DNA of 64,000 nt from a virus (taxonomy: Duplodnaviria; Caudoviricetes), in the IMG/VR virus record IMGVR_UViG_3300012662_000011; one strand, given 5' to 3'. Positions 1 to 9,416 of this stretch are shown in pieces; within the stretch, counting starts at the first letter, position 1; each line of letters begins with the position of its first letter. The position numbers were made by a program, and so were the translations under genes. The notes below the pieces were generated by a model. The model worked only from the letters and a program-made list of their open reading frames with translations. It was not told where the DNA came from and searched no databases.

Positions 1-49
1 CTGGTTTAGATTTAAGTATAGATGAAACATTGGAAAAGTTTAAAGAATA

Positions 50-3000
50 TTGTTAATGAATATAGGACAGAATTGTAAATTATATCCTGAAGTCACCACT
101 CCTAATGGAGGAGTGGAAGACTCCAGGTTATATAAGGATTTAATTGGCAAGAAAGGTCTTGGCTACCCAAGACCTGTAGCCAATTTATTATATGCAGCTT
201 ATGAAGTCAATGGAGTGGAAGCTGCTATGGAGAAAGTAATAAATTCTGATGGTTCTCCTAAATACAGGAAAAACCGTCAGGGACAGTTTAATGCTAAGGA
301 TGTTGTTGATTTCCTTGACTTTGATAAAGCTATTGGAGAATTTAGTACCCTTGCCCAAGAGGAATATAGGATTGGTGCTACTGATTCTGTAGGAGGAAGT
401 AGAGTAGATTTTACTGATGCTGAACAGGCTTTAAAGATTGTTGACAATTTCAATGATAACCATAAGGGACTTGTTGCACAAGTAATGGAGCACTCTACAA
501 ACAATGGTACTATTTATAACATCTATGTATATGAAAAGACTTCAAAGACAGTAGGTCTAGGAATGCAGACAAAAGAAAAACTGCAAGCATGGGATATATA
601 TAAACAGGTATTTAGCAATGCAGGTATTGATATTACAGCTATGCCTCAGAATTTGAAAGATGAATTTTCTCCATATAATGACTTTTTAGGGCAGTATCTA
701 AAAAATCTGTCTAATATGAGAAGGCAAGATTTTTATGATGTAAAAGATGCTTTGACTCTATTTTATCTTTATAAAGATTCACAGGAAGTAAAGAATCTTA
801 TAAATTCTTTTGGTTCCATTGAGAATGCAGCACAAGACCTTAGTGATTTTAATAATGGTAGAATACCACTAAGTAAAAGCCAGCAAATACTTCTTACAAG
901 AGCATTGAACTATACACAGAAACTGCCAGGTATTGATATTGATAATTTGGTCTCCCAAATAGACCAGATGAAAATGGGAATACAGATTAATAGTCCTGAG
1001 GCTGCTATTAAAGATGAACTTCACAAGTTAAAGAAGAAATATAATATTGAACCTAATGAAGTTAATAGAATAAACAATGATATAAGAACATTGTCTGATG
1101 CTGTGGCTGAAGCTATCACACAATTAGACAGAAAAGTTACAGCTCTTAAAAAAGAAAAGGGCAATACTGCTGAAGGTAAGAGAATAGAAGCCATAGTCAA
1201 TAAAATGCAGACTGAATTAATGGTTCATCACTATTATACAGGTATTATTGATTTTCTTGGTGAAGCAGGAAAAGATATAAGAGAAATAGATAATATATTG
1301 AATAATATCCCTCAAACTGGAAGTGAAAAAGACAGAGTATTTACATTGATGAAAACTTTGCAAAGAGTTAAGAGTATTAGAGATCAATATTTACCTATTG
1401 TTGCTGCTTTAGCTTCAGATAATACTGCCATGAATGAAAATATATCTACAGCATATATTGACACTATAAAGCAGCAAGCAAAAGATTTAAAAGACCTGTT
1501 TGAAAAATATGATGATACTGTTAACAGCCTTACAGAAACAGCTGTTCATGACTTTATGAAACTTGCTACTAATGGTAAAATGAGTGAAGCTGAAATTCAT
1601 GATATGATTCATAACGCTATCCTGCAAGATGCTTCTTGGCAAGACCACTTTCTATACAGCGTAGGGACTGCAAGTAACCCCATAATCAATGCTTGTGGTA
1701 CTATTATGCTTAATCAGGAAATCCTTAGAAATGATGCTATAACAGCTTTCAGAAAGAAGATGGATATTGAAGATAGTAAATTACAAGAGGCTGGGTATAA
1801 TTCCAAGTTCATGTATGAAGATCAAACACATATTGTTAGTGATATTGATTGGGGTAAATACGATAGTGCAAAAAAAGCTTATAAGCAAACCCTTTATAGA
1901 CAAGGTCTTAAAGGATTTGACTATACACAAAAACTTGAAGAATGGGTAGAACAAAATACTGTAGATAGAGTAGTAGATAAAAAAAGTGGCAGAACAGAAA
2001 GAGTGCCTAATAAAAACTATAGAAAAGCTACTGACTTTCAAGAAGGTTGGTCTCAGGCTCAAATAGATTACTATAATAATGTAATGCAACTAAAAGGAGA
2101 GTTGGAGACTTTATATCCTGATCATGCAAGACATATTTATCTACCACCTCAGGTTAGAAGAAGTACTTTAGATGCTCTTGGTAATGCTAAAGGAGTTAAA
2201 GATGTAGGAAAAGCTATAGGAAATAAACTTAAAGATAGCTTTGTTATTAGAGAAGATGATACAAGTTATGGTAAAAGAGCTAATATTAATGGAGAAGAAT
2301 ATGAAATTGCAGAAGGTAATACTGATAATACAGTAAAGAAAAGAGTACCTATATGGTTCCAGCAAAGAGTAGAAGAAGGTGAATTATTAATGGACTTTTC
2401 TTCTGCACTTCTACATGAAGCAAAGTCTGCCATTAACTATGATGCAATGGAAAGTATAAGAGATGTCATGGAATTTATGAGAGATTTTGCATCAACAAAA
2501 GAAAGGTCTACAGGTAATCCTAAAGCTGAAGTTGTGGATAATAAGTTTATAAGAGTAACCAAAGCTCTTTATGATAGAGCAACAAAGAGCAATACAGCTG
2601 AAGTACTTGCAGGATTTATGGACCAACATCTTTATGGAGAAATAAAAGAACCAGGTAAATATAAATGGTTAACTAAATTTGGAGATCAGATTATTAGGTA
2701 TACTTCTTTTAAAGGTCTTGTTTTTAATGCTCCAGGTGCTACTGCTAATGCTCTTATGGGGGTATTGCAGATTTTTATTGATGCTCATTGTGGAGAGTTT
2801 TTCGGTTATAAAGATATGGCATGGGCAGCAACAAAATTATTTGGTAATACGGGAGTTAAGGGAGAAGTAATGGAACTTCTTACTAATAATGTAAAACATA
2901 AAGGTGTTCTTATGCAAGAGCTGTTCAACCCTATGCAAGAAAACTTTGAAAATGATTCATCAAAGAGATATTATAGTAGTGTATTTAGGAAACTTGTAGG

Positions 3001-4018
3001 ACATGATTGTACTTATATTGGATACTCATCAGGTGAATATCTAATTCACATGCTTCCTATGTATGCTGTTCTTCATAAACAAAAAGTACTACTCAATGGT
3101 AAAGAAATATCTCTTTATGATGCTTTTGATGTTTCTCCTGTACAGGATGGCAATGCTACACTTATATTAAAACCAGGAGTTACAGACCTTAATGGTAATG
3201 CTATAACTATTGATAGTGACTATATAAGAAAAACAGTAAGAGGTCAAATTCAATATGTTAATAAGACTATGCATGGTGCTATGAATGCTGAAGATAAAGG
3301 TATGATTCATAAATATCTGTTAGGTAGACTTGCAATGAATTTCCGTCAATGGATGGTAGGGCATTATAGTAGAAGATTTAGGGGAAGACATTTTGATTAT
3401 GATCTTGGAGATTATAGAGAAGGGTACTATACAAGTCTCTGGAAAGCCCTTATGAATAATGATACTAAAGATGCATGGGCAGCAGGAGAGAAAAAGGATG
3501 CCATGATGATGTTTATGAAAGACTTTGCTACATTCATGTTTAGAGCGTCTTCTCAATGGAGTAATCTTAGTGATATGCAGAAATATAATATTAAAAGAGT
3601 TAGGGCTGAGATGCTTATGCTTATTGCTCTTAGTGGACTTAGCTTTGCTCTTGGAGACCCAGATGATCATAAAAGAGAGTACTGGAGAAGATGGTGGATA
3701 TATCAAGTAAGAAGAATGTTGGTAGACATTGAAGCTTCAACACCTTCCATTTATGGAATTGACAGTTTCTTGAAAATACTTCAATCTCCTATGGCTGGTA
3801 TTAATACTTTCAATTCAATGCTTTATGTCTTTTGGGGTCTTACTAATGGAGACATCTTAGATGAAATTAAATCAGGAGATCACAAAGGAGAGAATAGATA
3901 TATAAGAAATATCATTAAGTATGATCTACCAATCTTTAAGGACTGGGAAATATTGTCAAAACTTGATGAAGATGATTCTTTGTTTAAAGTTACTGAACAT
4001 ACTCCAAGTAATAGATAA
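50..4018 (+). CDS. Large crAss-like virion/cargo protein (1322 aa), function unknown
   Basis: Long helical ORF (probable start ATG at 56) with hydrophobic C-terminal helices, followed by a strong terminator; size and context fit crAss-like ejected proteins. Confidence 0.55.
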   Translation: MLMNIGQNCKLYPEVTTPNGGVEDSRLYKDLIGKKGLGYPRPVANLLYAAYEVNGVEAAMEKVINSDGSPKYRKNRQGQFNAKDVVDFLDFDKAIGEFSTLAQEEYRIGATDSVGGSRVDFTDAEQALKIVDNFNDNHKGLVAQVMEHSTNNGTIYNIYVYEKTSKTVGLGMQTKEKLQAWDIYKQVFSNAGIDITAMPQNLKDEFSPYNDFLGQYLKNLSNMRRQDFYDVKDALTLFYLYKDSQEVKNLINSFGSIENAAQDLSDFNNGRIPLSKSQQILLTRALNYTQKLPGIDIDNLVSQIDQMKMGIQINSPEAAIKDELHKLKKKYNIEPNEVNRINNDIRTLSDAVAEAITQLDRKVTALKKEKGNTAEGKRIEAIVNKMQTELMVHHYYTGIIDFLGEAGKDIREIDNILNNIPQTGSEKDRVFTLMKTLQRVKSIRDQYLPIVAALASDNTAMNENISTAYIDTIKQQAKDLKDLFEKYDDTVNSLTETAVHDFMKLATNGKMSEAEIHDMIHNAILQDASWQDHFLYSVGTASNPIINACGTIMLNQEILRNDAITAFRKKMDIEDSKLQEAGYNSKFMYEDQTHIVSDIDWGKYDSAKKAYKQTLYRQGLKGFDYTQKLEEWVEQNTVDRVVDKKSGRTERVPNKNYRKATDFQEGWSQAQIDYYNNVMQLKGELETLYPDHARHIYLPPQVRRSTLDALGNAKGVKDVGKAIGNKLKDSFVIREDDTSYGKRANINGEEYEIAEGNTDNTVKKRVPIWFQQRVEEGELLMDFSSALLHEAKSAINYDAMESIRDVMEFMRDFASTKERSTGNPKAEVVDNKFIRVTKALYDRATKSNTAEVLAGFMDQHLYGEIKEPGKYKWLTKFGDQIIRYTSFKGLVFNAPGATANALMGVLQIFIDAHCGEFFGYKDMAWAATKLFGNTGVKGEVMELLTNNVKHKGVLMQELFNPMQENFENDSSKRYYSSVFRKLVGHDCTYIGYSSGEYLIHMLPMYAVLHKQKVLLNGKEISLYDAFDVSPVQDGNATLILKPGVTDLNGNAITIDSDYIRKTVRGQIQYVNKTMHGAMNAEDKGMIHKYLLGRLAMNFRQWMVGHYSRRFRGRHFDYDLGDYREGYYTSLWKALMNNDTKDAWAAGEKKDAMMMFMKDFATFMFRASSQWSNLSDMQKYNIKRVRAEMLMLIALSGLSFALGDPDDHKREYWRRWWIYQVRRMLVDIEASTPSIYGIDSFLKILQSPMAGINTFNSMLYVFWGLTNGDILDEIKSGDHKGENRYIRNIIKYDLPIFKDWEILSKLDEDDSLFKVTEHTPSNR

Positions 4019-4033
4019 TTATTTACACATTCT

Positions 4034-4072
4034 AAAAGAGAGGAAGTATTCACTACTTCCTCTCTTTTTTTT
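4034..4072 (+). terminator. Rho-independent terminator
   Basis: aaaagagaggaagta / tacttcctctctttt stem followed by a T run, right after the 1322-aa ORF. Confidence 0.85.
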
Positions 4073-4146
4073 ATATATATTATAGTATTTTCTATATCTT
4101 CTCTTAGAGCTTTACTTATTATATCTCTATTTCTTTTTTATCCTAT

Positions 4147-4154
4147 TATCTTTG
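4147..4154 (+). promoter_or_regulatory. Bacteroidota -7 promoter element TAnnTTTG
   Basis: TATCTTTG(CA) about 35 nt upstream of the ATG at 4190. Confidence 0.7.
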
Positions 4155-4189
4155 CATAAAGATTTGCAAATGTATAAAATATTAATATA

Positions 4190-5035
4190 ATGCTAGAAAA
4201 GATTTCAAATATAATTAAAGCTATTACAGATTTCCTTGGGGGATTCAGTAAGCTCAATGATGTTAATGATCATTCTGTTACTGTATTCTTTCAGATTATT
4301 CTGTGTATATTAATGGCATTGTTCTTTGGTAGACTATGCCTTAGGGATGATATATATGATTGGGTTGCCAATATTATTATGGAACCTAACCCTATTACAA
4401 TAGGTTTCATTGTAGGGTTAGCTATGATAATTTACTCCATGTATGCCCAGAAAAGAACTATGAGTGCTGTTCTTGAAGCTATGCAGTTACATAAGAAAGA
4501 AGAAGAACAGAAAGATAAGGAGTGTTATGCTCAAACATCAAGAGTTGAAGATGAAGCTAATGAACTTACAGATTATCTTAGAGACGCTCTTCATTGTGAT
4601 ATTGTAACAATAGAAATGCTTCATAATACAGAAAAATACATAGGAGGTTATCATAAGAGATTCTATGATGAGAGTTTCCCATCTGTTAATAATGCAGAAG
4701 GTGTTACTTTTAACTATAAAGATTTTCAGTGTATTCCTACTAATATATTCCCTATTATAGGTCATATATTGAAAGTAAGGTATCAATGGTTCTATTCTAT
4801 AGATGAAGTTGATAAAATAGATTCAGGTTTTGCTCATATACTTAAAGACTATAAGTGCAGTGCTTTAGGTATGAGAGCTATGAAAACTTCTAAGGGCGAA
4901 GATTTAGGTATTCTTACTGTTTCATGGAGAGAAGGTCATGAAGATAGGATTCCTAATGAAAGCATTATCCAGGAAAGGATGACAGAAGTTGCTTCTAAAC
5001 TTGAAGTTCTTCTTGATATGTCTGATTATGATTAA
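4190..5035 (+). CDS. Membrane protein with GAF-like C-terminal domain, putative holin (T4 gpT-like architecture)
   Basis: Two N-terminal hydrophobic helices, a short coiled coil, then an alpha/beta domain ending ...LGMRAMKTSKGEDLGILTVSW, typical of GAF folds. Confidence 0.45.
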   Translation: MLEKISNIIKAITDFLGGFSKLNDVNDHSVTVFFQIILCILMALFFGRLCLRDDIYDWVANIIMEPNPITIGFIVGLAMIIYSMYAQKRTMSAVLEAMQLHKKEEEQKDKECYAQTSRVEDEANELTDYLRDALHCDIVTIEMLHNTEKYIGGYHKRFYDESFPSVNNAEGVTFNYKDFQCIPTNIFPIIGHILKVRYQWFYSIDEVDKIDSGFAHILKDYKCSALGMRAMKTSKGEDLGILTVSWREGHEDRIPNESIIQERMTEVASKLEVLLDMSDYD

Positions 5036-5080
5036 TCTATTTCTTTCCAATTCTTTAAACATTGGAAAGTATTTTAATAA

Positions 5081-5112
5081 AAAGGTAAGAGGATTTCCCT
5101 CCTACCTTTCTT
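5081..5112. terminator. Terminator between convergent transcription units
   Basis: aaaggta.gagg / cctc.taccttt hairpin with A/T tails. Confidence 0.65.
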
Positions 5113-5123
5113 TCTTTATCAAT

Positions 5124-6833
5124 TTATTCTCTTACAGAAAACATATTATAATTATTAGCATATCTCTTTACATTTCTTATATAATTATTTTTGTCGGGAG
5201 TAGCAGTATTCTTAATCAATTCATTATTACTGCCCATCCATTTATATAATAAAGCATCATAAGCATTAACATCCTTATTATTTGCTCCTTTATAATTGTG
5301 TCCTCTTACCTCTGTATTATATATATAAGCTAGTCTTGCTATTGTAGCTAAAGCAGAAGTACTTGCATTATCTAAGCCCTTCTCAGTTATTCCTAAATCT
5401 TTATAAACTTCTTGCATGCCTGGATTATCCCCTTTTAGCTTTATCTGAGTAATTCCTCTACTTCTATTTGAATTACCTCTAGCTATATTCATAATAAAAT
5501 CTGGAGTAGAATCTTTTATTTCCTTTTTAGTAGAAGTATTGTATTTAGTTTCTTGCTGAGCTATTCCAAGAGCTAATTCTGCTAAATGATTATAAGTATC
5601 AGAGTCCATATTAAATTTATTCATTATTAATTTTTTATTCTTCTCTAAAGAACTTATATATGAATTTTCATTTCTTTTAAATTCATGGGATCCTTGTGTT
5701 TTTGGAATTATAGATAACTTTGAATATGATTTATCTGTCTGTACATTATAATCATCCCAATTTTGTTTTTTACCAGTATTACTTCCGTAAGGATTATCTG
5801 CAATAAAACTTAGCTTACCATCTTTTGAAATAAATCTAGACCCTCCTTTAGAAGGTAATGTATAGATGTTAGTACCTTCACCTATATATTTTGATAAATG
5901 TTTTAAAGTATCTCCTCCTACTCTTACACACCCATTTGAGTTGGCTTTTTCAGAAGTATTACCATAATGCATTGAAGATGCTACTTCGTCTCTTACTAAC
6001 TTAGTTTTATCTTGGACATATTTACCTTTTTCTTTATCAAATACCCAAGGATGAACTTGATAATATTCTCCAGTACTGCTATTATACCTAGCTCTTTGGA
6101 ATGAAGGGAATCCATGATATTCTCCTACACTACTCACTTTTAATATACCAGCAGGAGTACTGTTATTTCCAGCATTATTTTCTATCTCACCACTTTTACC
6201 CCTATAAGTAATAGTATTATAGTCATCTCCAGAAGCTCCTGTACTTATGTCATTTGTGGTATATATTGGCTTATTATCTTTATCATACACAACTAGCTTC
6301 TTATTGGCTTTGTCAATTATAACATAGTTGCCTTCATGATTAACACTTTGAATAGCAGCAATATTACTTTTATTTATTTCTTTCTCTTTTTTCCATTGAT
6401 CTCTTATATTGTAAGCTTTTATTCCTGACTGCTTTCCTATTACTAAGTTATCATTAGGCATTAGTGTTTTACCTTCTTTATATTGAGGATTGTATTCATA
6501 TAATGTATCAAGACCTATGTTATTCTGTTTAGCAATATTCCATAAATTATCCCCTTTCTGCACTTTATAAGTTATATCTTTAGAGCTATATTCTCCTTTC
6601 CCGTTTTTTAAATTATAGTTATCATTAGCTGCTTCTTTAAGTGTCTTAAAATGTTTTCCACTTATTGATTTATATACTTTAGGCTTTTCTCTTTGATAAG
6701 ATGTATTACCTGTAAGAGTATTTACAAAAGATAAAATCCCTGAACTAGCATTAGTTAATAATCCTCCAATTCCAAATTCATTTTCATTAGGATTGGATAT
6801 TATAATGTTTGGAGTACTTTTTTTTTTCTTCAC
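5124..6833 (-). CDS. Multidomain peptidoglycan enzyme: LysM + L,D-transpeptidase (YkuD-like) + lysozyme-like domain
   Basis: LysM YKVQKGDNLWNIAKQ...YNPQ; YkuD motif MHYG...SNGCVRV; C-terminal GIAQQET...GITQIK lysozyme-superfamily motifs. Confidence 0.75.
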   Translation of the reverse strand: MKKKKSTPNIIISNPNENEFGIGGLLTNASSGILSFVNTLTGNTSYQREKPKVYKSISGKHFKTLKEAANDNYNLKNGKGEYSSKDITYKVQKGDNLWNIAKQNNIGLDTLYEYNPQYKEGKTLMPNDNLVIGKQSGIKAYNIRDQWKKEKEINKSNIAAIQSVNHEGNYVIIDKANKKLVVYDKDNKPIYTTNDISTGASGDDYNTITYRGKSGEIENNAGNNSTPAGILKVSSVGEYHGFPSFQRARYNSSTGEYYQVHPWVFDKEKGKYVQDKTKLVRDEVASSMHYGNTSEKANSNGCVRVGGDTLKHLSKYIGEGTNIYTLPSKGGSRFISKDGKLSFIADNPYGSNTGKKQNWDDYNVQTDKSYSKLSIIPKTQGSHEFKRNENSYISSLEKNKKLIMNKFNMDSDTYNHLAELALGIAQQETKYNTSTKKEIKDSTPDFIMNIARGNSNRSRGITQIKLKGDNPGMQEVYKDLGITEKGLDNASTSALATIARLAYIYNTEVRGHNYKGANNKDVNAYDALLYKWMGSNNELIKNTATPDKNNYIRNVKRYANNYNMFSVRE

Positions 6834-8790
6834 TCAGATAACCTCCATTACTATAAGTATTACCATATATTCCTTGTACAGCACTCATTAATCCTGAACT
6901 ATTACCACTTAATAATCCTGAATATCCTCCTAATGGATTTTCTGTTCCCATAAGTCCCATAACAGTATTAAATGAATTAAGTCTTTCTCTCCTTTCTTCA
7001 TTAGGGTCATATACTGGAGTTTCTACCTTTACTACAGGTTTCTGAAAGAGTGTTGGATCTATTACAGGTTGTTTATATACAGTTGCAGGGTCTATATCAT
7101 TGTCAGGTACTTGCATTTGTGGTATTTGAATCTCTGCATTGATGTTGTCAAAGAAAGCTTTTGGAATTTGATAACTGGTAGGTTTTCCTGTATATACAGA
7201 CCTATAGTCTCCTCCAAACATTTCTCTTTCCCAGTTCCTTCTTTTTGTAAGCCCTCTTAACTGACTGTCCTTTGAAGCCCACATGGCTTTTTGTACATCT
7301 TCATTTGATGCTTTTCCCTGTGAATATAATTCAAGTACTGGTAATACTCTATTCTTTAGATTACCCATACCTACATTATACCCATAAGAATATAAAGCAT
7401 CAAGCTGTGATGGTTGTAGTTTATCTCTAATCTCCTTTGGTATTGTAGCATTGAAATCCTTTGCTTCTGCTTCAAAACTTCTATTGGTTTTCATTGAAGA
7501 GCCCTCCCATGTTGCAATATCATTTCTTAATCTTTTTGATGGAGAGTAATTGCCGCTTGTTGCAGTATTTCCTCCTTTAGCATATAGATTACCTCCACAT
7601 GCTGATATATTCTCTTGTGTTAAAGGAGCTAGTTCTGCTGGATTAATGTAGTTACTCTGTATTCCAGGAGTTTCATACATATTTATAGGCAATACATTAT
7701 CTTCTGATGCCGTATAGTTATCCTGAGTATCTGTAGGCATAAGAACATTTATTGGAGTTGTAGTATCTTCTACAGGAAGTGTTGAGGTTTCTATAAAAGC
7801 TAAAGGCTGCTGACCTTGTTTTGCTCTATAGTGATTTACTCTATTCTTTATTCCATTTCTTAACTCAATTAGTTCATCTTTATATCCTTTATATCTAGGA
7901 TTGTATCTATGTGCTCCATTTTCAAGAGCATTATAGAAATCATCGAAGCTTTTAACATCCAAAGTATCAGGATACATTCTTTTATGCCATTCCATAACAT
8001 GATCCATAAGGGCATCTGCTGATTTATTATGTCTTCCATCACCTGATTTCCATGTATCCCATCCACTTTCCCTAATATTTTGATTTGTCAGTTCAAGTGC
8101 TGTCTCTGGAGATAGTCCCCTGTCTATATATCCTTGATATAATGTTACTACTTTTCTATAATTTTTATCTTCAGCTACTGGTCTCTTTCTTCTTTTTGAA
8201 GGTACTGAAGAACTTGCTACTCTATTAGGTCCTCCCATAAAAAATAGATTTCCACTATCTGCATATTCATTACCAACTCTATAAGGAACTTCTACTTCAG
8301 GATTAATCATATTTTGAATTTTTTCATTACCTTTCCATGTCTTAGTATAAGTATTTCCATTACTATCTATAATAGGATAATATCCTAATCCTGCATCTGT
8401 AGCAGTAGCTTCAAGATATGTAGGGTGATGAGGAGCCTTGAGTATTCTACCTGTATTAGGATCTCTACTTCCTAAATGGTATGATTTATCCTTATCATTC
8501 CATTCTGGTTGCATACCTGCTTTAAATGCTGCCCTCATATCATAATCATTATCATTGGTCTCCCTTAGATTATCAGGAAGATTATTTCTCCAACGTTTAT
8601 ATGCAGTTTCATCCACTAATGTCCACTGTTTTAAAGGACCTCCCTCTGCATATTCATTGTTTTCTGCATACTTGTTATAAGCTTCTTTTATATCAGACAG
8701 AGATGTCATACCATTATTAACTGCTACTTTCATCATCTCTGCCTTGTCTTTCAATGAAAGATTATCCCAAGGTTTACTATAGTTATTCAT
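6787..8790 (-). CDS. Virion-associated multidomain protein with GH24 phage-lysozyme-like domain
   Basis: IATWEG...QLDALYSYGYNVG...GLTKRRNWEREMF resembles GH24; central RGLSPETA..NIRESG resembles tail lysozyme. Confidence 0.65.
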   Translation of the reverse strand: MNNYSKPWDNLSLKDKAEMMKVAVNNGMTSLSDIKEAYNKYAENNEYAEGGPLKQWTLVDETAYKRWRNNLPDNLRETNDNDYDMRAAFKAGMQPEWNDKDKSYHLGSRDPNTGRILKAPHHPTYLEATATDAGLGYYPIIDSNGNTYTKTWKGNEKIQNMINPEVEVPYRVGNEYADSGNLFFMGGPNRVASSSVPSKRRKRPVAEDKNYRKVVTLYQGYIDRGLSPETALELTNQNIRESGWDTWKSGDGRHNKSADALMDHVMEWHKRMYPDTLDVKSFDDFYNALENGAHRYNPRYKGYKDELIELRNGIKNRVNHYRAKQGQQPLAFIETSTLPVEDTTTPINVLMPTDTQDNYTASEDNVLPINMYETPGIQSNYINPAELAPLTQENISACGGNLYAKGGNTATSGNYSPSKRLRNDIATWEGSSMKTNRSFEAEAKDFNATIPKEIRDKLQPSQLDALYSYGYNVGMGNLKNRVLPVLELYSQGKASNEDVQKAMWASKDSQLRGLTKRRNWEREMFGGDYRSVYTGKPTSYQIPKAFFDNINAEIQIPQMQVPDNDIDPATVYKQPVIDPTLFQKPVVKVETPVYDPNEERRERLNSFNTVMGLMGTENPLGGYSGLLSGNSSGLMSAVQGIYGNTYSNGGYLSEEKKKYSKHYNIQS

Positions 8791-8801
8791 ATTAATATCT
8801 T

Positions 8802-9353
8802 TTAATCTACATCATCAAATATTGTTAACTCTTGACTTCCTCTTGCTTTACTTTGCTCTGTAAGCTCATTCTCAACTTTACTTTGCAAATTCTGTAGAGA
8901 AGTTACTATTCCCTCAACATTCTTTAGTGCTGTTGTTATAGCAGAAATCTGATATTTAGGTCTACCTTTATCATCCTCTTCATTAAGAATATCAGGATTC
9001 TTCAAAAATGTACTTACTGTATTTGCTGCTACAAGAGCAGCATTAAGTAGTTCCTGTGAAGGAGTTACTGTATGTTTTTTATAAATCTCCATAGCTTCTT
9101 GAAGTAGGGGAGAAGGAGTAAAATTTTTATCAAGACCTTCTTGCTCTATAATAGTCTTTGCTCTTTCATTCTCATTAAGAATATATGAGTATGTACTTCT
9201 TGGGTCTACCATAAAATATAAATAAGACATCTGCTTATAAAACTGCTCTTTTGACGCACTTCTATCTTGATTCCATAGCTTTCTTATAGGCTTAACAAGT
9301 AAAGCTTCATCAGCTATAGTAAGTTGAAAATTCTCTATTTTAATTAGTTTCAT
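8802..9353 (-). CDS. Conserved crAss-like hypothetical protein downstream of portal
   Basis: 183-aa helical ORF with coiled-coil C-terminus and normal codon usage. Confidence 0.6.
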   Translation of the reverse strand: MKLIKIENFQLTIADEALLVKPIRKLWNQDRSASKEQFYKQMSYLYFMVDPRSTYSYILNENERAKTIIEQEGLDKNFTPSPLLQEAMEIYKKHTVTPSQELLNAALVAANTVSTFLKNPDILNEEDDKGRPKYQISAITTALKNVEGIVTSLQNLQSKVENELTEQSKARGSQELTIFDDVD

Positions 9354-9416
9354 ATCTTCTACTCTTTATATAATTAAGTACAGATACACTAATTAATAAT
9401 GTACCTGTACTTTATA

